43,211 nucleotides of DNA from a virus (taxonomy: Duplodnaviria; Caudoviricetes): the IMG/VR virus record IMGVR_UViG_3300048858_000123, positions 1 through 43,211 of that record. One strand, given 5' to 3'. The number at the start of each line of letters is the position of its first letter. Position 1 is the first letter of the stretch. Below the pieces are notes generated by a model that saw only the letters and a list, made by a program, of their open reading frames with translations, ran no database searches and was not told where the DNA came from. The position numbers and the translations under genes are program-made. Shown here piece by piece: positions 18,104 to 28,164 of the stretch.

Positions 18104-18766
18104 ATGGCACGCAAGGGACGCCCTCGTAAGGCAAACGGCAAGCGCCACCCCAACGGCAAGCTGGTGCAGAAGCCGAAGGCGAAAGACCCGACTGCCAAGG
18201 TGACCGAAGCCCGTAAGCGGTTCGGCTCGTACTACGCGTCCGCTCTGGGCCGTTTCTACGCCTCTGGCTTCATGGGTGAGGGCGATGTGGCCAAGGACCG
18301 CTACGAGGGCGCTCTGCGCTTCCTGCGGGTCTATGCGGCGGTGTATGGCGGCCCGTACTACCGGTGTCCTCTAGACCAGTCTGTGCGTGGCCGTGGAGCC
18401 GAGTACAACAATCCCTACGCCAAAGAAGACCGGGAGTGGATGCGTGAGATGATGCAGAAGCTCGAATGGTCTGGCTGCTACCCGTACCTTGAACAGCTCT
18501 TGAGCATCAGCTACATCGACGAGGGTCCGGAATGGCTGTCGCGCATGCTGGATGTGCAGCTATGGAACCGTGAACTGGCAGAGCTGAACGCTCAGCTTCG
18601 GGCGAAGGCCAAGGTTGAGGGCAAGATGTTCTCCCCCTTATGGCCCAAGGACATCCACCCCGGAGATCGGGTAGTCGCTGACGCTGCGATCAAAGCCTTG
18701 GATGTTCTTTCGCCCGAGCGAAGAGTGGTTGGCATTGTGGCTATGCGGTGGGATGATGCGGCATGA
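18104..18766 (+). CDS. Hypothetical protein, positional candidate for late regulator/antiterminator
   Basis: Basic N-terminus RKGRPRKANGKRHPNGKL; last large gene before the late promoter; function inferred from position only. Confidence 0.5.
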   Translation: MARKGRPRKANGKRHPNGKLVQKPKAKDPTAKVTEARKRFGSYYASALGRFYASGFMGEGDVAKDRYEGALRFLRVYAAVYGGPYYRCPLDQSVRGRGAEYNNPYAKEDREWMREMMQKLEWSGCYPYLEQLLSISYIDEGPEWLSRMLDVQLWNRELAELNAQLRAKAKVEGKMFSPLWPKDIHPGDRVVADAAIKALDVLSPERRVVGIVAMRWDDAA

Positions 18767-19080
18767 ACATGATCGAACGTGCAGCACGGGCAGCCGCTGA
18801 GCAGTATGGTGAAGACTGGGATAGTCTGCCCGACATCAACCCGGTTCAGAACGGAGACCTTGATCGACGTCATTTCATTGATCAGGTGCGAGCTATCCTT
18901 ACTGCCATGCGCGAGCCGACCGAAGCCATGATCAAAGAGGGTGGCGAGTATGACTCTGAAGGTGGATATGACACAAGCGGTGGCCCTCGCGATGTTGGCG
19001 ATCACGACCGCCACACCTTCGAGCCTAACGCTCCCCGCATCTGGCGCGCCATGATCGACAAGGCGCTGGAGGAAGGCTGA
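18763..19080 (+). CDS. Hypothetical phage protein
   Basis: IERAARA...AMREPTEAM...WRAMID; ATGA coupling. Confidence 0.65.
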   Translation: MNMIERAARAAAEQYGEDWDSLPDINPVQNGDLDRRHFIDQVRAILTAMREPTEAMIKEGGEYDSEGGYDTSGGPRDVGDHDRHTFEPNAPRIWRAMIDKALEEG

Positions 19081-19286
19081 TGGATCGGAATGCTAAACTC
19101 GCTGCGGCCATAGAAGAGCTGGACAATGCGTCGGCGGCAGTCAGGACGGCCTTCGATCTGATCAGGGACTTCCACGGCACCGGCGGTGAGTATTTCGATC
19201 GCTTAGGTGATGCAAACGATGGCATCGACTGGGCCGCAAGTGTGCTGAAGGGGCACCTGCCTGCAGGGTATGGGGACGAGGCTTGA
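19080..19286 (+). CDS. Hypothetical protein
   Basis: TGATG coupling. Confidence 0.55.
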   Translation: MDRNAKLAAAIEELDNASAAVRTAFDLIRDFHGTGGEYFDRLGDANDGIDWAASVLKGHLPAGYGDEA

Positions 19287-19312
19287 CAGATCCTCCATGA
19301 TCTGATTATCTA
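19283..19312 (+). promoter_or_regulatory. Candidate late promoter
   Basis: Consensus TTGACA then 17-18 bp to TTATCT/TATCTA; inverted repeat CAGATC-N6-GATCTG overlapping the spacer; upstream of HNH/terminase. Confidence 0.55.
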
Positions 19313-19382
19313 CCGTAAATGATATCTCGTATTGCGCCCGCGGCTTAGGCCTGTCGGGCGCATCGTCGTTATGGGGCTAGCA

Positions 19383-19691
19383 ATGGCATGGTCCCACACC
19401 TCACGACATGAGCGTGGATACGGAGCAGCCTGGGACAAGCTCAGAGCTCGCATCCTCACCAGAGACAAGCACCTCTGCCAGGCCTGCAAGCGCAAGGGCA
19501 GATTGACCGCGGCTAACCAGGTCGATCACATTAAGCCAAAGGCTAAGGGTGGCACGGACGACGAGCAGAACCTGCAGAGCCTGTGCAAGCCCTGTCACGA
19601 TGCCAAGAGCGTCGTTGATGCAGGTGGGCGCGCACGGGTTGAGATCGGCGCTGATGGGTGGCCTGTCGAGTATTCAGATCGTGGGCGCTAA
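19383..19691 (+). CDS. HNH endonuclease (terminase-associated, HK97 gp74-like)
   Basis: RGYGAAWDKLR, CQAC, VDHIKPKAKGGTDDEQNLQSLCKPCHDAKS. Confidence 0.92.
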   Translation: MAWSHTSRHERGYGAAWDKLRARILTRDKHLCQACKRKGRLTAANQVDHIKPKAKGGTDDEQNLQSLCKPCHDAKSVVDAGGRARVEIGADGWPVEYSDRGR

Positions 19692-19894
19692 CCCCGTCAC
19701 CAAGACCGGTTTTCGTTCATCCAGAGGGTCGCGAGCCTGAACGCAACATTGTTGCGTGACCGCGCATCGTTCGATCGTTCATCATCAACCCCTCGAACCT
19801 GAACGGACGGAGGGGGGAGGTCGAAAGTCGGGGGTCTGACCCCGCTGGACCGCTCTGGGACCTTCATTTCAACGCTAACACAGGAATTTCTGGC

Positions 19895-20344
19895 ATGAGC
19901 CGCAAGCAGCGCATCGATAGCGTGACCGCTGCGGTTGGTGTCATGCTCGACCACACGAGGGACGAACTACAGCCACCGGAGCATACGAACCTCAACGCAG
20001 CGGCCTTGCCGTTCTGGCGAGCGATCATGCGCGGGCGCGCGCGAGACGAGTGGGAGGGTACACCCGCCCTGATGTCTACCGCGGCGAGCCTGGCGTGGAC
20101 ACAATGGCAGGTATCGAAGCTGCGAGAGGAGATCGAGAACGAGCCGCTTCCCGATGCCAAGGCGGTGCAGAGAGTGTCGGACCTGCAACGGCTCGAGATG
20201 GGCTATCTACGGGTTCTCCAGCAGCACGGCCGCGCGGCTCAAGGCGAGAGCCGGGACGTGAAGAAGAGGCGCGAAGCTGTGTCGAGCATCGCGGGCGACA
20301 ACCCGCTTGATGACGATCTACTCGCGAGACCATCGCTACAGTGA
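19895..20344 (+). CDS. Terminase small subunit
   Basis: Immediately upstream of and coupled to terL; PPEH..L...ALPFWRAI pattern. Confidence 0.75.
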   Translation: MSRKQRIDSVTAAVGVMLDHTRDELQPPEHTNLNAAALPFWRAIMRGRARDEWEGTPALMSTAASLAWTQWQVSKLREEIENEPLPDAKAVQRVSDLQRLEMGYLRVLQQHGRAAQGESRDVKKRREAVSSIAGDNPLDDDLLARPSLQ

Positions 20345-21849
20345 CCCGCGGCGAGAAGGTGGCGGCGTTCATAGAGCGCTTCTGCCGGGTCCCAGACGGC
20401 GAGCACGTCGGCAAAAAGATCAAGCTTGCCGAGTTCCAAAGGCGTTTCATCCTGGAAGTCTACGACAATCCGGCAGGCACACGCCGGGGCTACCTGTCGA
20501 TCGGACGCAAGAACGGCAAGACGGCGCTCATCGCCTGCATTCTACTTGCTCACCTCGTCGGGCCGGAAGCCAAGTTGAACGCGCAGATCGTTTCGGGAGC
20601 CCTCTCCCGCGATCAGGCGGCGCTGGTCTTCAACCTCGCATCCAAGATGGTGCAGCTCTCGCCTGAGCTGGCGAAGATCGTCCGCATCGTTCCATCGGGC
20701 AAGCGGTTGATCGGGCTGTCGATGAATACCGAGTTTCGGGCCCTGGCGGCTGAAGGCAGGACCGCGCATGGCCTTTCACCGTTGCTGGCGATCCTGGACG
20801 AGATTGGGCAGGTCAAAGGGCCACGAAGCGACTTCGTAGACGCGATCACGACATCCCAGGGCGCCCACAAGGAACCGCTGCTGCTATGTATTTCGACGCA
20901 GGCCCCGACCGACGCCGATCTGTTTTCGATATGGCTCGATGACGCCGAGCAATCTGCTGACCCGTCAATCGTCAGCCACGTCTATCGGGCACCTGAAGAT
21001 TGCGAACTTGACGACCGCGAGGCTTGGAAAGCAGCTAACCCGGCCCTGGGCCTGTTTCGGTCAGAGCGCGATGTTGCCGAGCAGGCGGCACAGGCGGCAC
21101 GAATGCCTACAGCGGAGGCCGCGTTCCGGGTTCTAACGCTTAACCAGCGTGTGAACATGGTGGCGGCGTTCGTCTCGCCGAGCGTGTGGAAGCAGGGCAA
21201 CGAAGCGCCGGACTCGTTCGGAAGCGCTCTCTGCTATGGCGGGCTCGATCTGTCGGCCACTACCGACCTGACCGCGCTGGTGCTGACGTGTCGCAAGGAT
21301 GGTTTGCTCCATGTGCAGGCGTTCTTTTGGATGCCGCAGGACATGGTGTCGGAGGCCGCGCGACGGGATCGTGCGCCTTACGATGTATGGGTTCAGAAGG
21401 GCCTACTCAGGACGACGCCCGGCAAGGTCATCGACTACGATTTTGTGGCTCGCGACATCGGCAAGATCACCGCGGACCTGAATGTCGGCCGGATCGGCTT
21501 CGATCGCTGGCGCATGGACCGCATGAAGGGCGCGCTTGAGCGACAGGCGGTTGAGCTGCCGCTAGAGCCGTTCGGCCAGGGCTTCGTGAGCATGTCGCCC
21601 GCACTGGATGCGCTGGAAGCCGACTTGTTGAACGGTGTCGTTCGGCATGGCGGGCATCCGGTGCTGGCGATGTGTGCCGCGAATGCCGTGTCGGTCCCCG
21701 ATGCGGCCAATAATCGGAAGTTGGACAAGTCGAAAGCGACGGGCCGCATTGACGGCATGGTTGCGCTCGCGATGGCGGAAGGGGTCGAAGCGATGTTTGC
21801 TGAGACCGAGATGTCTGTCGACGACTGGCTTGCGGGCCTCGCTGCATGA
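20341..21849 (+). CDS. Terminase large subunit
   Basis: Walker A GRKNGKT, Walker B AILDE, nuclease GGLDLSATTDLTA, RIDGMVALAMA. Confidence 0.95.
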   Translation: MTRGEKVAAFIERFCRVPDGEHVGKKIKLAEFQRRFILEVYDNPAGTRRGYLSIGRKNGKTALIACILLAHLVGPEAKLNAQIVSGALSRDQAALVFNLASKMVQLSPELAKIVRIVPSGKRLIGLSMNTEFRALAAEGRTAHGLSPLLAILDEIGQVKGPRSDFVDAITTSQGAHKEPLLLCISTQAPTDADLFSIWLDDAEQSADPSIVSHVYRAPEDCELDDREAWKAANPALGLFRSERDVAEQAAQAARMPTAEAAFRVLTLNQRVNMVAAFVSPSVWKQGNEAPDSFGSALCYGGLDLSATTDLTALVLTCRKDGLLHVQAFFWMPQDMVSEAARRDRAPYDVWVQKGLLRTTPGKVIDYDFVARDIGKITADLNVGRIGFDRWRMDRMKGALERQAVELPLEPFGQGFVSMSPALDALEADLLNGVVRHGGHPVLAMCAANAVSVPDAANNRKLDKSKATGRIDGMVALAMAEGVEAMFAETEMSVDDWLAGLAA

Positions 21850-23162
21850 CGGGGTACAAACTGTCGCGCCAGGCGGCAGAAGCATACAACCGGCGCGCGG
21901 TCTGGACGGGCCCGCGGGCAGAGACGAAGGCAATCGTCAGCCTGGATAACGGCATGGCGGAATGGGCCGGCGTCTCTCGGCAGGACGGGGTTAATTTCCG
22001 CACGAACCAAGTAAGCTTGGCGCAACATCAGGACGCGACTCCCGGCGGTAACTCTGGGGCGCTCGGACTGTCCGCCACTTGGGCGTGCGTCAACCTGCTC
22101 GCCGGCACGATCGCGTCTCTGCCGCTGGTTGTATACCGCAAGGGCCCGCTCGGCGTGGCTGTGGAAGCGACCGACCACCCGCTCTACTGGCTGCTTCACG
22201 ACAGCCCGAACTATGACCAATCCGCCTACGACTTCTGGGAGTTCATCTGCGCGGGCCTTGAGCTGCACGGAAATGCTTACGCCGTTTTAGATCGGCGCTC
22301 AGACGGTTTTCTCGTCTCACTTACGCCAATCAGGCCAGATATCGTTGCAGTGCGCCGCATTCGAACGGGCCAGCTCGAATATCGCTGGACGATCGACGGC
22401 CGCGAGGCGGTCAAGTTGCAGGAGGATATCCTTCATATCCGCGGCTTTGGCGGCAGTCCGCTGGGCGGCGCATCACCGCTGTCGGCATGCAGGCAGGTTT
22501 TCGGCGCCGCTCTCAACACAGACCGCAGTGCCAGCTCCATGTTCGCGAACGGCGTTCAGACAAGCGGCGTATTCGCGATGCAGGAGAAGCTGACAGAAGA
22601 CCAAATGCGGCAGGCCGAGCAGAAGGTGACTGAGAAGTACGTCGGCGCCGCCAACGCCGGACGACCTCTGGTACTGAATGGCGGCGTGAAGTGGGAGCAG
22701 ATCTCGATCAGCCCCGAAGATGCGCAGATGCTCGAAAGCCGCAAGTTCAGCGTGGAGGAAATCTGCCGCGTCTTCGACGTGCCGCCTCATCTGATCGGCC
22801 ACACCGAGGGCAACACACAGCTTGGCAGCAGCATAGGCGAGCAGACCCTCGGCTTTCTCAAGTTCAAACTTCGCAAGCGGCTGAAGCGGATCGAAGGCGC
22901 GCTTGAAAAGCAGCTTCTGACCCGCGCCGATCGCGCTGCCGGAGTGTCGATCGAGTTCAACGTCGAGGGCCTGTTGCGCGCCGATAGCGCCGGCCGTGCT
23001 CAGTATTACGAGATCATGCAGCAGTTCATGACCAAGAACGAGATTCGTGCCTTGGAAGGCCTTGCGCCCGTCGAGGGTGGCGATGTCCTTATGGCGCAGA
23101 TGCAGGATGTCCCTCTGTCGGAGGCATTGAAGGCGCGGACGGCGCCGGGAGCAGTAGAATGA
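21846..23162 (+). CDS. Portal protein, HK97 family
   Basis: WACVNLLAGTIASLPL, DILHIR, EEICRVFDVPPHLIG, MTKNEIRALEGL. Confidence 0.95.
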   Translation: MTGYKLSRQAAEAYNRRAVWTGPRAETKAIVSLDNGMAEWAGVSRQDGVNFRTNQVSLAQHQDATPGGNSGALGLSATWACVNLLAGTIASLPLVVYRKGPLGVAVEATDHPLYWLLHDSPNYDQSAYDFWEFICAGLELHGNAYAVLDRRSDGFLVSLTPIRPDIVAVRRIRTGQLEYRWTIDGREAVKLQEDILHIRGFGGSPLGGASPLSACRQVFGAALNTDRSASSMFANGVQTSGVFAMQEKLTEDQMRQAEQKVTEKYVGAANAGRPLVLNGGVKWEQISISPEDAQMLESRKFSVEEICRVFDVPPHLIGHTEGNTQLGSSIGEQTLGFLKFKLRKRLKRIEGALEKQLLTRADRAAGVSIEFNVEGLLRADSAGRAQYYEIMQQFMTKNEIRALEGLAPVEGGDVLMAQMQDVPLSEALKARTAPGAVE

Positions 23163-23782
23163 ACGAGTTCGACTTCGCCCTTGAGACTAAGGCGCTAGAC
23201 GATAGCGGGCATATCGAGGGCCTGGCTGCCGGCTATGGCAATGAGGACTTCGGCGGCGATGTGATGCTGCCTGGATCAATCACTAAGTCGCTCACCGGAA
23301 AGTCGCGCATCCCCATGCTGATGTACCATGACCACAAGCGCCCCGCTGGCGTGTGGACGGACTTCACAGAGACTGCAGACGGTCTGCTGGTCAAGGGCCG
23401 TATCTCGATGTCGACTTCTGACGGGAAGGAAGCCTACGGCCTCGTAAAGGACGGCGCGCTAGGCGGTCTCTCGATCGGCATGCACAAGGTGAAAGCGCGG
23501 ATGGTCGGCAAGGCCCGGCACATCTACGATGCCATCCTTCATGAAATCTCGCTGGTGACAGTGCCGCTGAATGAGCGGACCCAAGTGCTGAGCGTGAAAG
23601 ATCTTGTGACCAACGGCGAGCTGCCAACGGTCCGTCAATTCGAGGACTTCTTGCGGGATGCAGGCGGTTTCTCGAAGTCCCTGGCTGCGGCAATCGCATC
23701 CAAGGCACAACCGCTACTCAATCGGGGGGAGCCCGACGCAGCGGATGAACTGGCTGAGTTCCTGAGGGCGCTCAAAGCCTAA
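23159..23782 (+). CDS. Prohead protease, HK97 family
   Basis: MLMYHDH, GLSIG, LHEISLVTVPLN. Confidence 0.92.
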   Translation: MNEFDFALETKALDDSGHIEGLAAGYGNEDFGGDVMLPGSITKSLTGKSRIPMLMYHDHKRPAGVWTDFTETADGLLVKGRISMSTSDGKEAYGLVKDGALGGLSIGMHKVKARMVGKARHIYDAILHEISLVTVPLNERTQVLSVKDLVTNGELPTVRQFEDFLRDAGGFSKSLAAAIASKAQPLLNRGEPDAADELAEFLRALKA

Positions 23783-23812
23783 TCCTCCTCTACGCCTGGA
23801 AAGGGCAATCCT

Positions 23813-25039
23813 ATGACTACGGAAACGAAGTCGTTGGCCGAGCTGGCCTCCGAAGTGAAGTCGCTTGTCGACGAGAAGACGAGCAAGCTGCAGGAAATCG
23901 CAGAGAAGGCGCTTGCCGAGGCCGAAAAGGGCATTGGCATGAGCGAGACCACGAAGGGTCTCGTCGACCAGATCGCGATTGATCGTAACGAGCTGAAGGG
24001 CCGTCTCGACGAGCTTGAGCAGAAGATGGCCCGCCCGGGCAGCTTCGATGCTGAAGCGCCGCGCACCGCCGGCCACATGCTCGTGGAAGACGAGAACGTG
24101 AAGTCGTTCCTGGCCAACCCCACGTCTGGCCAGCGCGTCGGCGTCGAAACCAAGGCGATCATTTCCGCCCTGGCCACCGATGCAAATGGTTCCGCTGGCG
24201 ATCTTCTGACGCCGCAGCGTGTCGACCTCCTGCCGATCCTTCGCCGGGAGCTGACCGTGCGCGATCTCCTCACCCCGGGGCGCACGAACACGAATGCGAT
24301 CCAGTACCCGAAGCAGACCGGCTTCACGAACAGCGCGGCGACTGTTTCGGAAACGACCGGCGCGACCAAGCCGCAGTCGGAGATCAAGTTCGACATCGTG
24401 ACCACCTCGGTGACCACGATCGCGCACTTCGTTATCGCAACCCGCCAGATCCTCGATGATGCCCCTGCCCTGCAGAGCTACATCGATGGCGAGATGCGCG
24501 CCGGCCTTGCTGAAGTTGAAGAGAACCAGCTTCTCAATGGCGGCGGCACGGGCACGGACCTCAACGGCATCTACACGCAGGCAACCCCATTTGCTGCAGG
24601 AACGGCGATCGTTTCGGCTCCAACTCGCTTGGATGCTATCCGCTTCGCCATGCTTCAGGGCGAACTCGCGTTCCTTCCGCCTACCGGCATCGTCATGCAC
24701 TCGACTGACTGGGCTCTGATCGAGTCCACCAAGGACGCGGCCGGCGGCTACATCATCGGCAACCCACAGGACGGCACCTCCCCGCGCCTATGGGGCCTGC
24801 CCGTAGTCAAGTCGTTGGCGATGACGGCCGGCACGTTCCTGACGGGTGCCTTCCGTCGCGGCGCGCAGATCTTTGATCGCTGGGATGCGCGGGTCGAGAT
24901 CTCCACAGAAGACAGCACAAACTTTCGTCAGAATCTCATCACGATTTTGGCGGAAGAGCGTTTGGCGCTCGCGGTTTATCGGCCTGAAGCCTTCGTGAAG
25001 GGCACGTTCTCGGCCGCGATCACCGACCTGACGAGCTAA
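23813..25039 (+). CDS. Major capsid protein, HK97 fold
   Basis: N-terminal coiled-coil delta domain, EENQLLNGGGTG, RLWGLPVV, ILAEERLALAVYRPEAFVKG. Confidence 0.95.
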   Translation: MTTETKSLAELASEVKSLVDEKTSKLQEIAEKALAEAEKGIGMSETTKGLVDQIAIDRNELKGRLDELEQKMARPGSFDAEAPRTAGHMLVEDENVKSFLANPTSGQRVGVETKAIISALATDANGSAGDLLTPQRVDLLPILRRELTVRDLLTPGRTNTNAIQYPKQTGFTNSAATVSETTGATKPQSEIKFDIVTTSVTTIAHFVIATRQILDDAPALQSYIDGEMRAGLAEVEENQLLNGGGTGTDLNGIYTQATPFAAGTAIVSAPTRLDAIRFAMLQGELAFLPPTGIVMHSTDWALIESTKDAAGGYIIGNPQDGTSPRLWGLPVVKSLAMTAGTFLTGAFRRGAQIFDRWDARVEISTEDSTNFRQNLITILAEERLALAVYRPEAFVKGTFSAAITDLTS

Positions 25040-25056
25040 TCTGGCTGAACTGGAAC

Positions 25057-25087
25057 GAGGGGCTGGCTCGAGCTGGCCCCTCTTTTC
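25057..25087 (+). terminator. Intrinsic terminator after the capsid gene
   Basis: GAGGGGCTGGC-TCGA-GCTGGCCCCTC followed by TTTT. Confidence 0.7.
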
Positions 25088-25127
25088 TCGAACCCCGTCC
25101 GCGGGTGTCTGGAAAGGAGATCGCACG

Positions 25128-25400
25128 ATGACGAATGTAACGATGAAGGCGGTAGATACGCTGCACATCAGCAGCGTGAAGCCCGATAGCCTTCAGCCTG
25201 GCGAAGAGTTCGAGGTGGCCGGCTATGTGGCTGAAGACCTCGAGGCCCGCGGTCTGGCTGAGCGGGTGAGCGACAAGCCCGCGCAGACCGAAGCGCCCGC
25301 TTCTGACCCCGAAGCGAAGGCCGAGCCCGCCCCTGAAAACAAGATGGAAGCGGCGCCGGAGAACAAGGCTTCCACCACCCGGAAGCGCAAGCTGAACTAA
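25128..25400 (+). CDS. Small head-associated hypothetical protein
   Basis: RBS AAGGAG; repeated APENK motif typical of post-capsid genes. Confidence 0.7.
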   Translation: MTNVTMKAVDTLHISSVKPDSLQPGEEFEVAGYVAEDLEARGLAERVSDKPAQTEAPASDPEAKAEPAPENKMEAAPENKASTTRKRKLN

Positions 25401-25894
25401 TGGCCGTCACCCTCGCCCTCGCCAAACAGCACCTCCGGGCACTCAACGATCGCGAGAACGACCTTATCGAGCACTATCTCGCCGCGGCGAAGGCATGGGT
25501 CGAGCATCACACCGGCAAGAAGCTCATCAGAGGCCCCGTAGAGCAGCGCGAGCAGGCTTTCGGCTCGTATGTGCCGCTCCTGTGGGGCCCGAGCCCTGAG
25601 GGCGTCTCTGTGGCTTACGTGGACGGCTCTGGTGCGCCGCAGACCTTCACCGACGCGCGCCTCGTGCGCGATCGCCTGTACAGCCCGGCAGCGGGTTGGC
25701 CTTCGATCACCGCGAACACGCCCATCGTGCTGACGTACACCGCGGGCTTCACAGACACGCCGGCTGATTTGGATGCGGCTGTCCTGCTCCTCGTGGCCGA
25801 CTTCTTCACCAACCGAGAGAGCGGCAACGCTACCCCGGCGACCACAGCGGCTGTGCAAGCGCTCTGCTCGCCGTATCGCGCGGTGCTGGTATGA
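25400..25894 (+). CDS. Head-tail connector (gp6-like)
   Basis: VTLALAKQHLR...AVLLLVADFFTNRE...LCSPYR. Confidence 0.88.
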   Translation: MAVTLALAKQHLRALNDRENDLIEHYLAAAKAWVEHHTGKKLIRGPVEQREQAFGSYVPLLWGPSPEGVSVAYVDGSGAPQTFTDARLVRDRLYSPAAGWPSITANTPIVLTYTAGFTDTPADLDAAVLLLVADFFTNRESGNATPATTAAVQALCSPYRAVLV

Positions 25895-26262
25895 CCGCCG
25901 GGCGCCGCGACACCCTCGTCATCTTCGAGCAACGCCAGACCACCCAAGACCCCGCGTACGGTTCCACTGTCGAGGGCGCATGGGTGACCTACAGCCAAGC
26001 CTGGGCCGAACTGCAGGACATGCTGCCGAGCCGGTCGGAGAACGTGGACGAGAGCATATCGCTTGCTCGCCGCCCTGCCCGTCTGCGGATCGACTACCTC
26101 GATGGCGTGGGCATCACTTCGAGCATGCGCGTGCGGATCGAGGCGGACGAGCTGTTCCCCGAGCGCATCATGCAGATCATCAGCGGGCCGGCTCACAAGC
26201 GCGATAGCAGCGAGATGGAATTCGTTGTCGAAGAGATGACGACGATGGGAGAGGCGCCGTGA
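25891..26262 (+). CDS. Head-tail adaptor / head closure protein
   Basis: AGRRDTLVIFEQ...WAE...ITSSMRV pattern and gene position. Confidence 0.8.
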   Translation: MTAGRRDTLVIFEQRQTTQDPAYGSTVEGAWVTYSQAWAELQDMLPSRSENVDESISLARRPARLRIDYLDGVGITSSMRVRIEADELFPERIMQIISGPAHKRDSSEMEFVVEEMTTMGEAP

Positions 26263-26486
26263 GCAAGCACGAAACAGTCGAGCACTGGCCTATCGGTGGC
26301 AACGGTCCTGTCCGCGCCAAAGGTGCTGTTGAGGTGCCACTGTCTGATCTCACCAAGGGCCTGACCCTGCAGCTTGTCCTCACCGGCGTGTGGCGCATGC
26401 GCTTCCGCCTGTGGCTGGGCACGAAGCTCTTGAGGCTCGCGGCTGCGGTGATCGGCTGCAAGGTCGAGGTGGAGGTGAAGCCGTGA
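26259..26486 (+). CDS. Hypothetical protein
   Basis: GTGA coupling at both ends. Confidence 0.55.
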   Translation: MSKHETVEHWPIGGNGPVRAKGAVEVPLSDLTKGLTLQLVLTGVWRMRFRLWLGTKLLRLAAAVIGCKVEVEVKP

Positions 26487-26989
26487 TCGACATGAAGATC
26501 ACCGGCGGCAAGCAGGTTCACGATCTGCTGCAGCAGCTTCCCGTCGAGGTTGAGACGAAGATCATGCGCAATGCGCTGTCTGCTGGCGTGCGCGTGTATC
26601 GCGATGAAGCCCGCAACCAGGTCGCCGATACGACGGACACCGGCCTACTGCGCAAGGCGATCAAGACGAGCCGCAACACCAAGCGCGGCCGGGTCATCGC
26701 CAAGGTCAAGCTCAAGGGCAAGCACAGCTACGCAGGCCTGTTCCTGGAGTTCGGCGTTGCTGCCCACGCGATCACCGTTCGGGATGCCGAGGGTTCGCTA
26801 AAGATCGGCAAGAATTTCGTGGGAGCCGAGGTCATGCACCCCGGCTTTTCGCCCAAGCCGTTCCTGCGCCCATCCTTCGACCTGAAGTCCAAGGACGCGG
26901 TCAACGCTGTGGGCGCCTACATCGGCAAGTACCTGCAATTCGGCTCGATCACGGCTCCCACCATCGCGGTTGACGAGGAAGAGGCCTAA
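26483..26989 (+). CDS. HK97 gp10-family neck/tail protein
   Basis: DTGLLRKAI, FLEFG, PKPFLRPSFD. Confidence 0.85.
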   Translation: MIDMKITGGKQVHDLLQQLPVEVETKIMRNALSAGVRVYRDEARNQVADTTDTGLLRKAIKTSRNTKRGRVIAKVKLKGKHSYAGLFLEFGVAAHAITVRDAEGSLKIGKNFVGAEVMHPGFSPKPFLRPSFDLKSKDAVNAVGAYIGKYLQFGSITAPTIAVDEEEA

Positions 26990-27393
26990 TGGACGGGGTC
27001 GCCGCGATCAGGCAGTTGCTGGTCGCGCATTCTCCCCTAACCGCTCTTGTGCCCGCTGCTCGCGTCATCGCTGGCGTGCTGCCGCAAGGCACTGCCCTGC
27101 CCGCGGTGGCCCTCACCTCAGTTTCGAGCAGCGAGGACGACAGCATCAACCCCGGCTCGCATCGCTTCATTACCGAGCGAGTTCAGGCGACCATCTTCGC
27201 GCAGAACTACCCGCAGAAGAGGGCAATCCTGAAGGCGGTTCTTCGCGGAGCCGCTGACAAGGTGCCAACCATGGACGGACTCAGGACCATGCCGGTCGCC
27301 AGTGGTGGCGCAGGGCCGGACTTCATGAGCGAAGACGCTTCGATCCACATGGGGACGCACGACTTCATCATCCGCTGGAACGATCCAACCTGA
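26989..27393 (+). CDS. Tail terminator/completion protein (DUF3168-like)
   Basis: LTALVPAARV...LPQGTALPAV...RVQATIFA; gene position. Confidence 0.75.
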   Translation: MDGVAAIRQLLVAHSPLTALVPAARVIAGVLPQGTALPAVALTSVSSSEDDSINPGSHRFITERVQATIFAQNYPQKRAILKAVLRGAADKVPTMDGLRTMPVASGGAGPDFMSEDASIHMGTHDFIIRWNDPT

Positions 27394-27404
27394 GGAGAAC
27401 CACC

Positions 27405-27635
27405 ATGGCAGACAAAAGCGGCGTCGTGCTTCGCAAGCGCGGCATCAACTACAATGGCCAGCACTATCCGCATAAGGCTGCGATCACCCTGCCCGCCCAG
27501 CAGTTCGAAGACTGGGCCGGCGCTAAGATCGTCGGCGAGGCGACCGAAGCTCAGGCCAAGAAGGCCAAGCCGGTGAGCAACGAGCGGGCGCCCGCGAAGC
27601 GCACTGAAGCCGCGGAACCGCTCCAGACCATCTAA
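27405..27635 (+). CDS. Hypothetical protein
   Basis: Strong RBS GAGGAG. Confidence 0.6.
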   Translation: MADKSGVVLRKRGINYNGQHYPHKAAITLPAQQFEDWAGAKIVGEATEAQAKKAKPVSNERAPAKRTEAAEPLQTI

Positions 27636-27661
27636 CCAGTTTGCCAGAACGGCAAAGCCGC

Positions 27662-27688
27662 GGGTCGCCTTTGGCGGCCTTTTTTTAT
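27662..27688 (+). terminator. Intrinsic terminator before the tail tube gene
   Basis: GGTCGCC-TTT-GGCGGCC followed by 7 T. Confidence 0.75.
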
Positions 27689-27705
27689 TCCCGAAAGGAT
27701 AGACA

Positions 27706-28164
27706 ATGACGTACTTTACCACGTCGGGGACGCAGCTTGCTGTCTCTGCAACGCCGCCCGCGACCTTCAACGAAGCTGGCTATGAGGCGGGCACCTACAC
27801 GAAGATCGGCGAAGTGACCGACCTTGGCGCCCGCGGTCGCCAGTACGCTCTGGTCACGCATCAGCCTATCGAGAGCGAGGGCGACAAGAAGGGCAAGGGC
27901 GGCTTCAACGCCGGGAGCCAGGCCTTCACGGTGGCTCTCGATCGCGCCGATGCCGGCCAGATCATCATGGCCAATGCCGCCAACTCGCGGAACAACTACT
28001 ACTTCAAGGAAACCGAGCCCGATGGCACGGTGACCTATTACGAAGCGCTCGTGATGGGCTGGAACATCAACAAGGGTACGCGCGACAACATCGTGACCGC
28101 GACCACCACGCTGGAAATCCAGCAGCGCGACGGCGTCGATTTCATCACCATCGAGCCTGACTGA
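27706..28164 (+). CDS. Major tail (tube) protein
   Basis: YTKIGEVTDLG...KGKGGFNAGS...DAGQ; position before the chaperone genes. Confidence 0.82.
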   Translation: MTYFTTSGTQLAVSATPPATFNEAGYEAGTYTKIGEVTDLGARGRQYALVTHQPIESEGDKKGKGGFNAGSQAFTVALDRADAGQIIMANAANSRNNYYFKETEPDGTVTYYEALVMGWNINKGTRDNIVTATTTLEIQQRDGVDFITIEPD

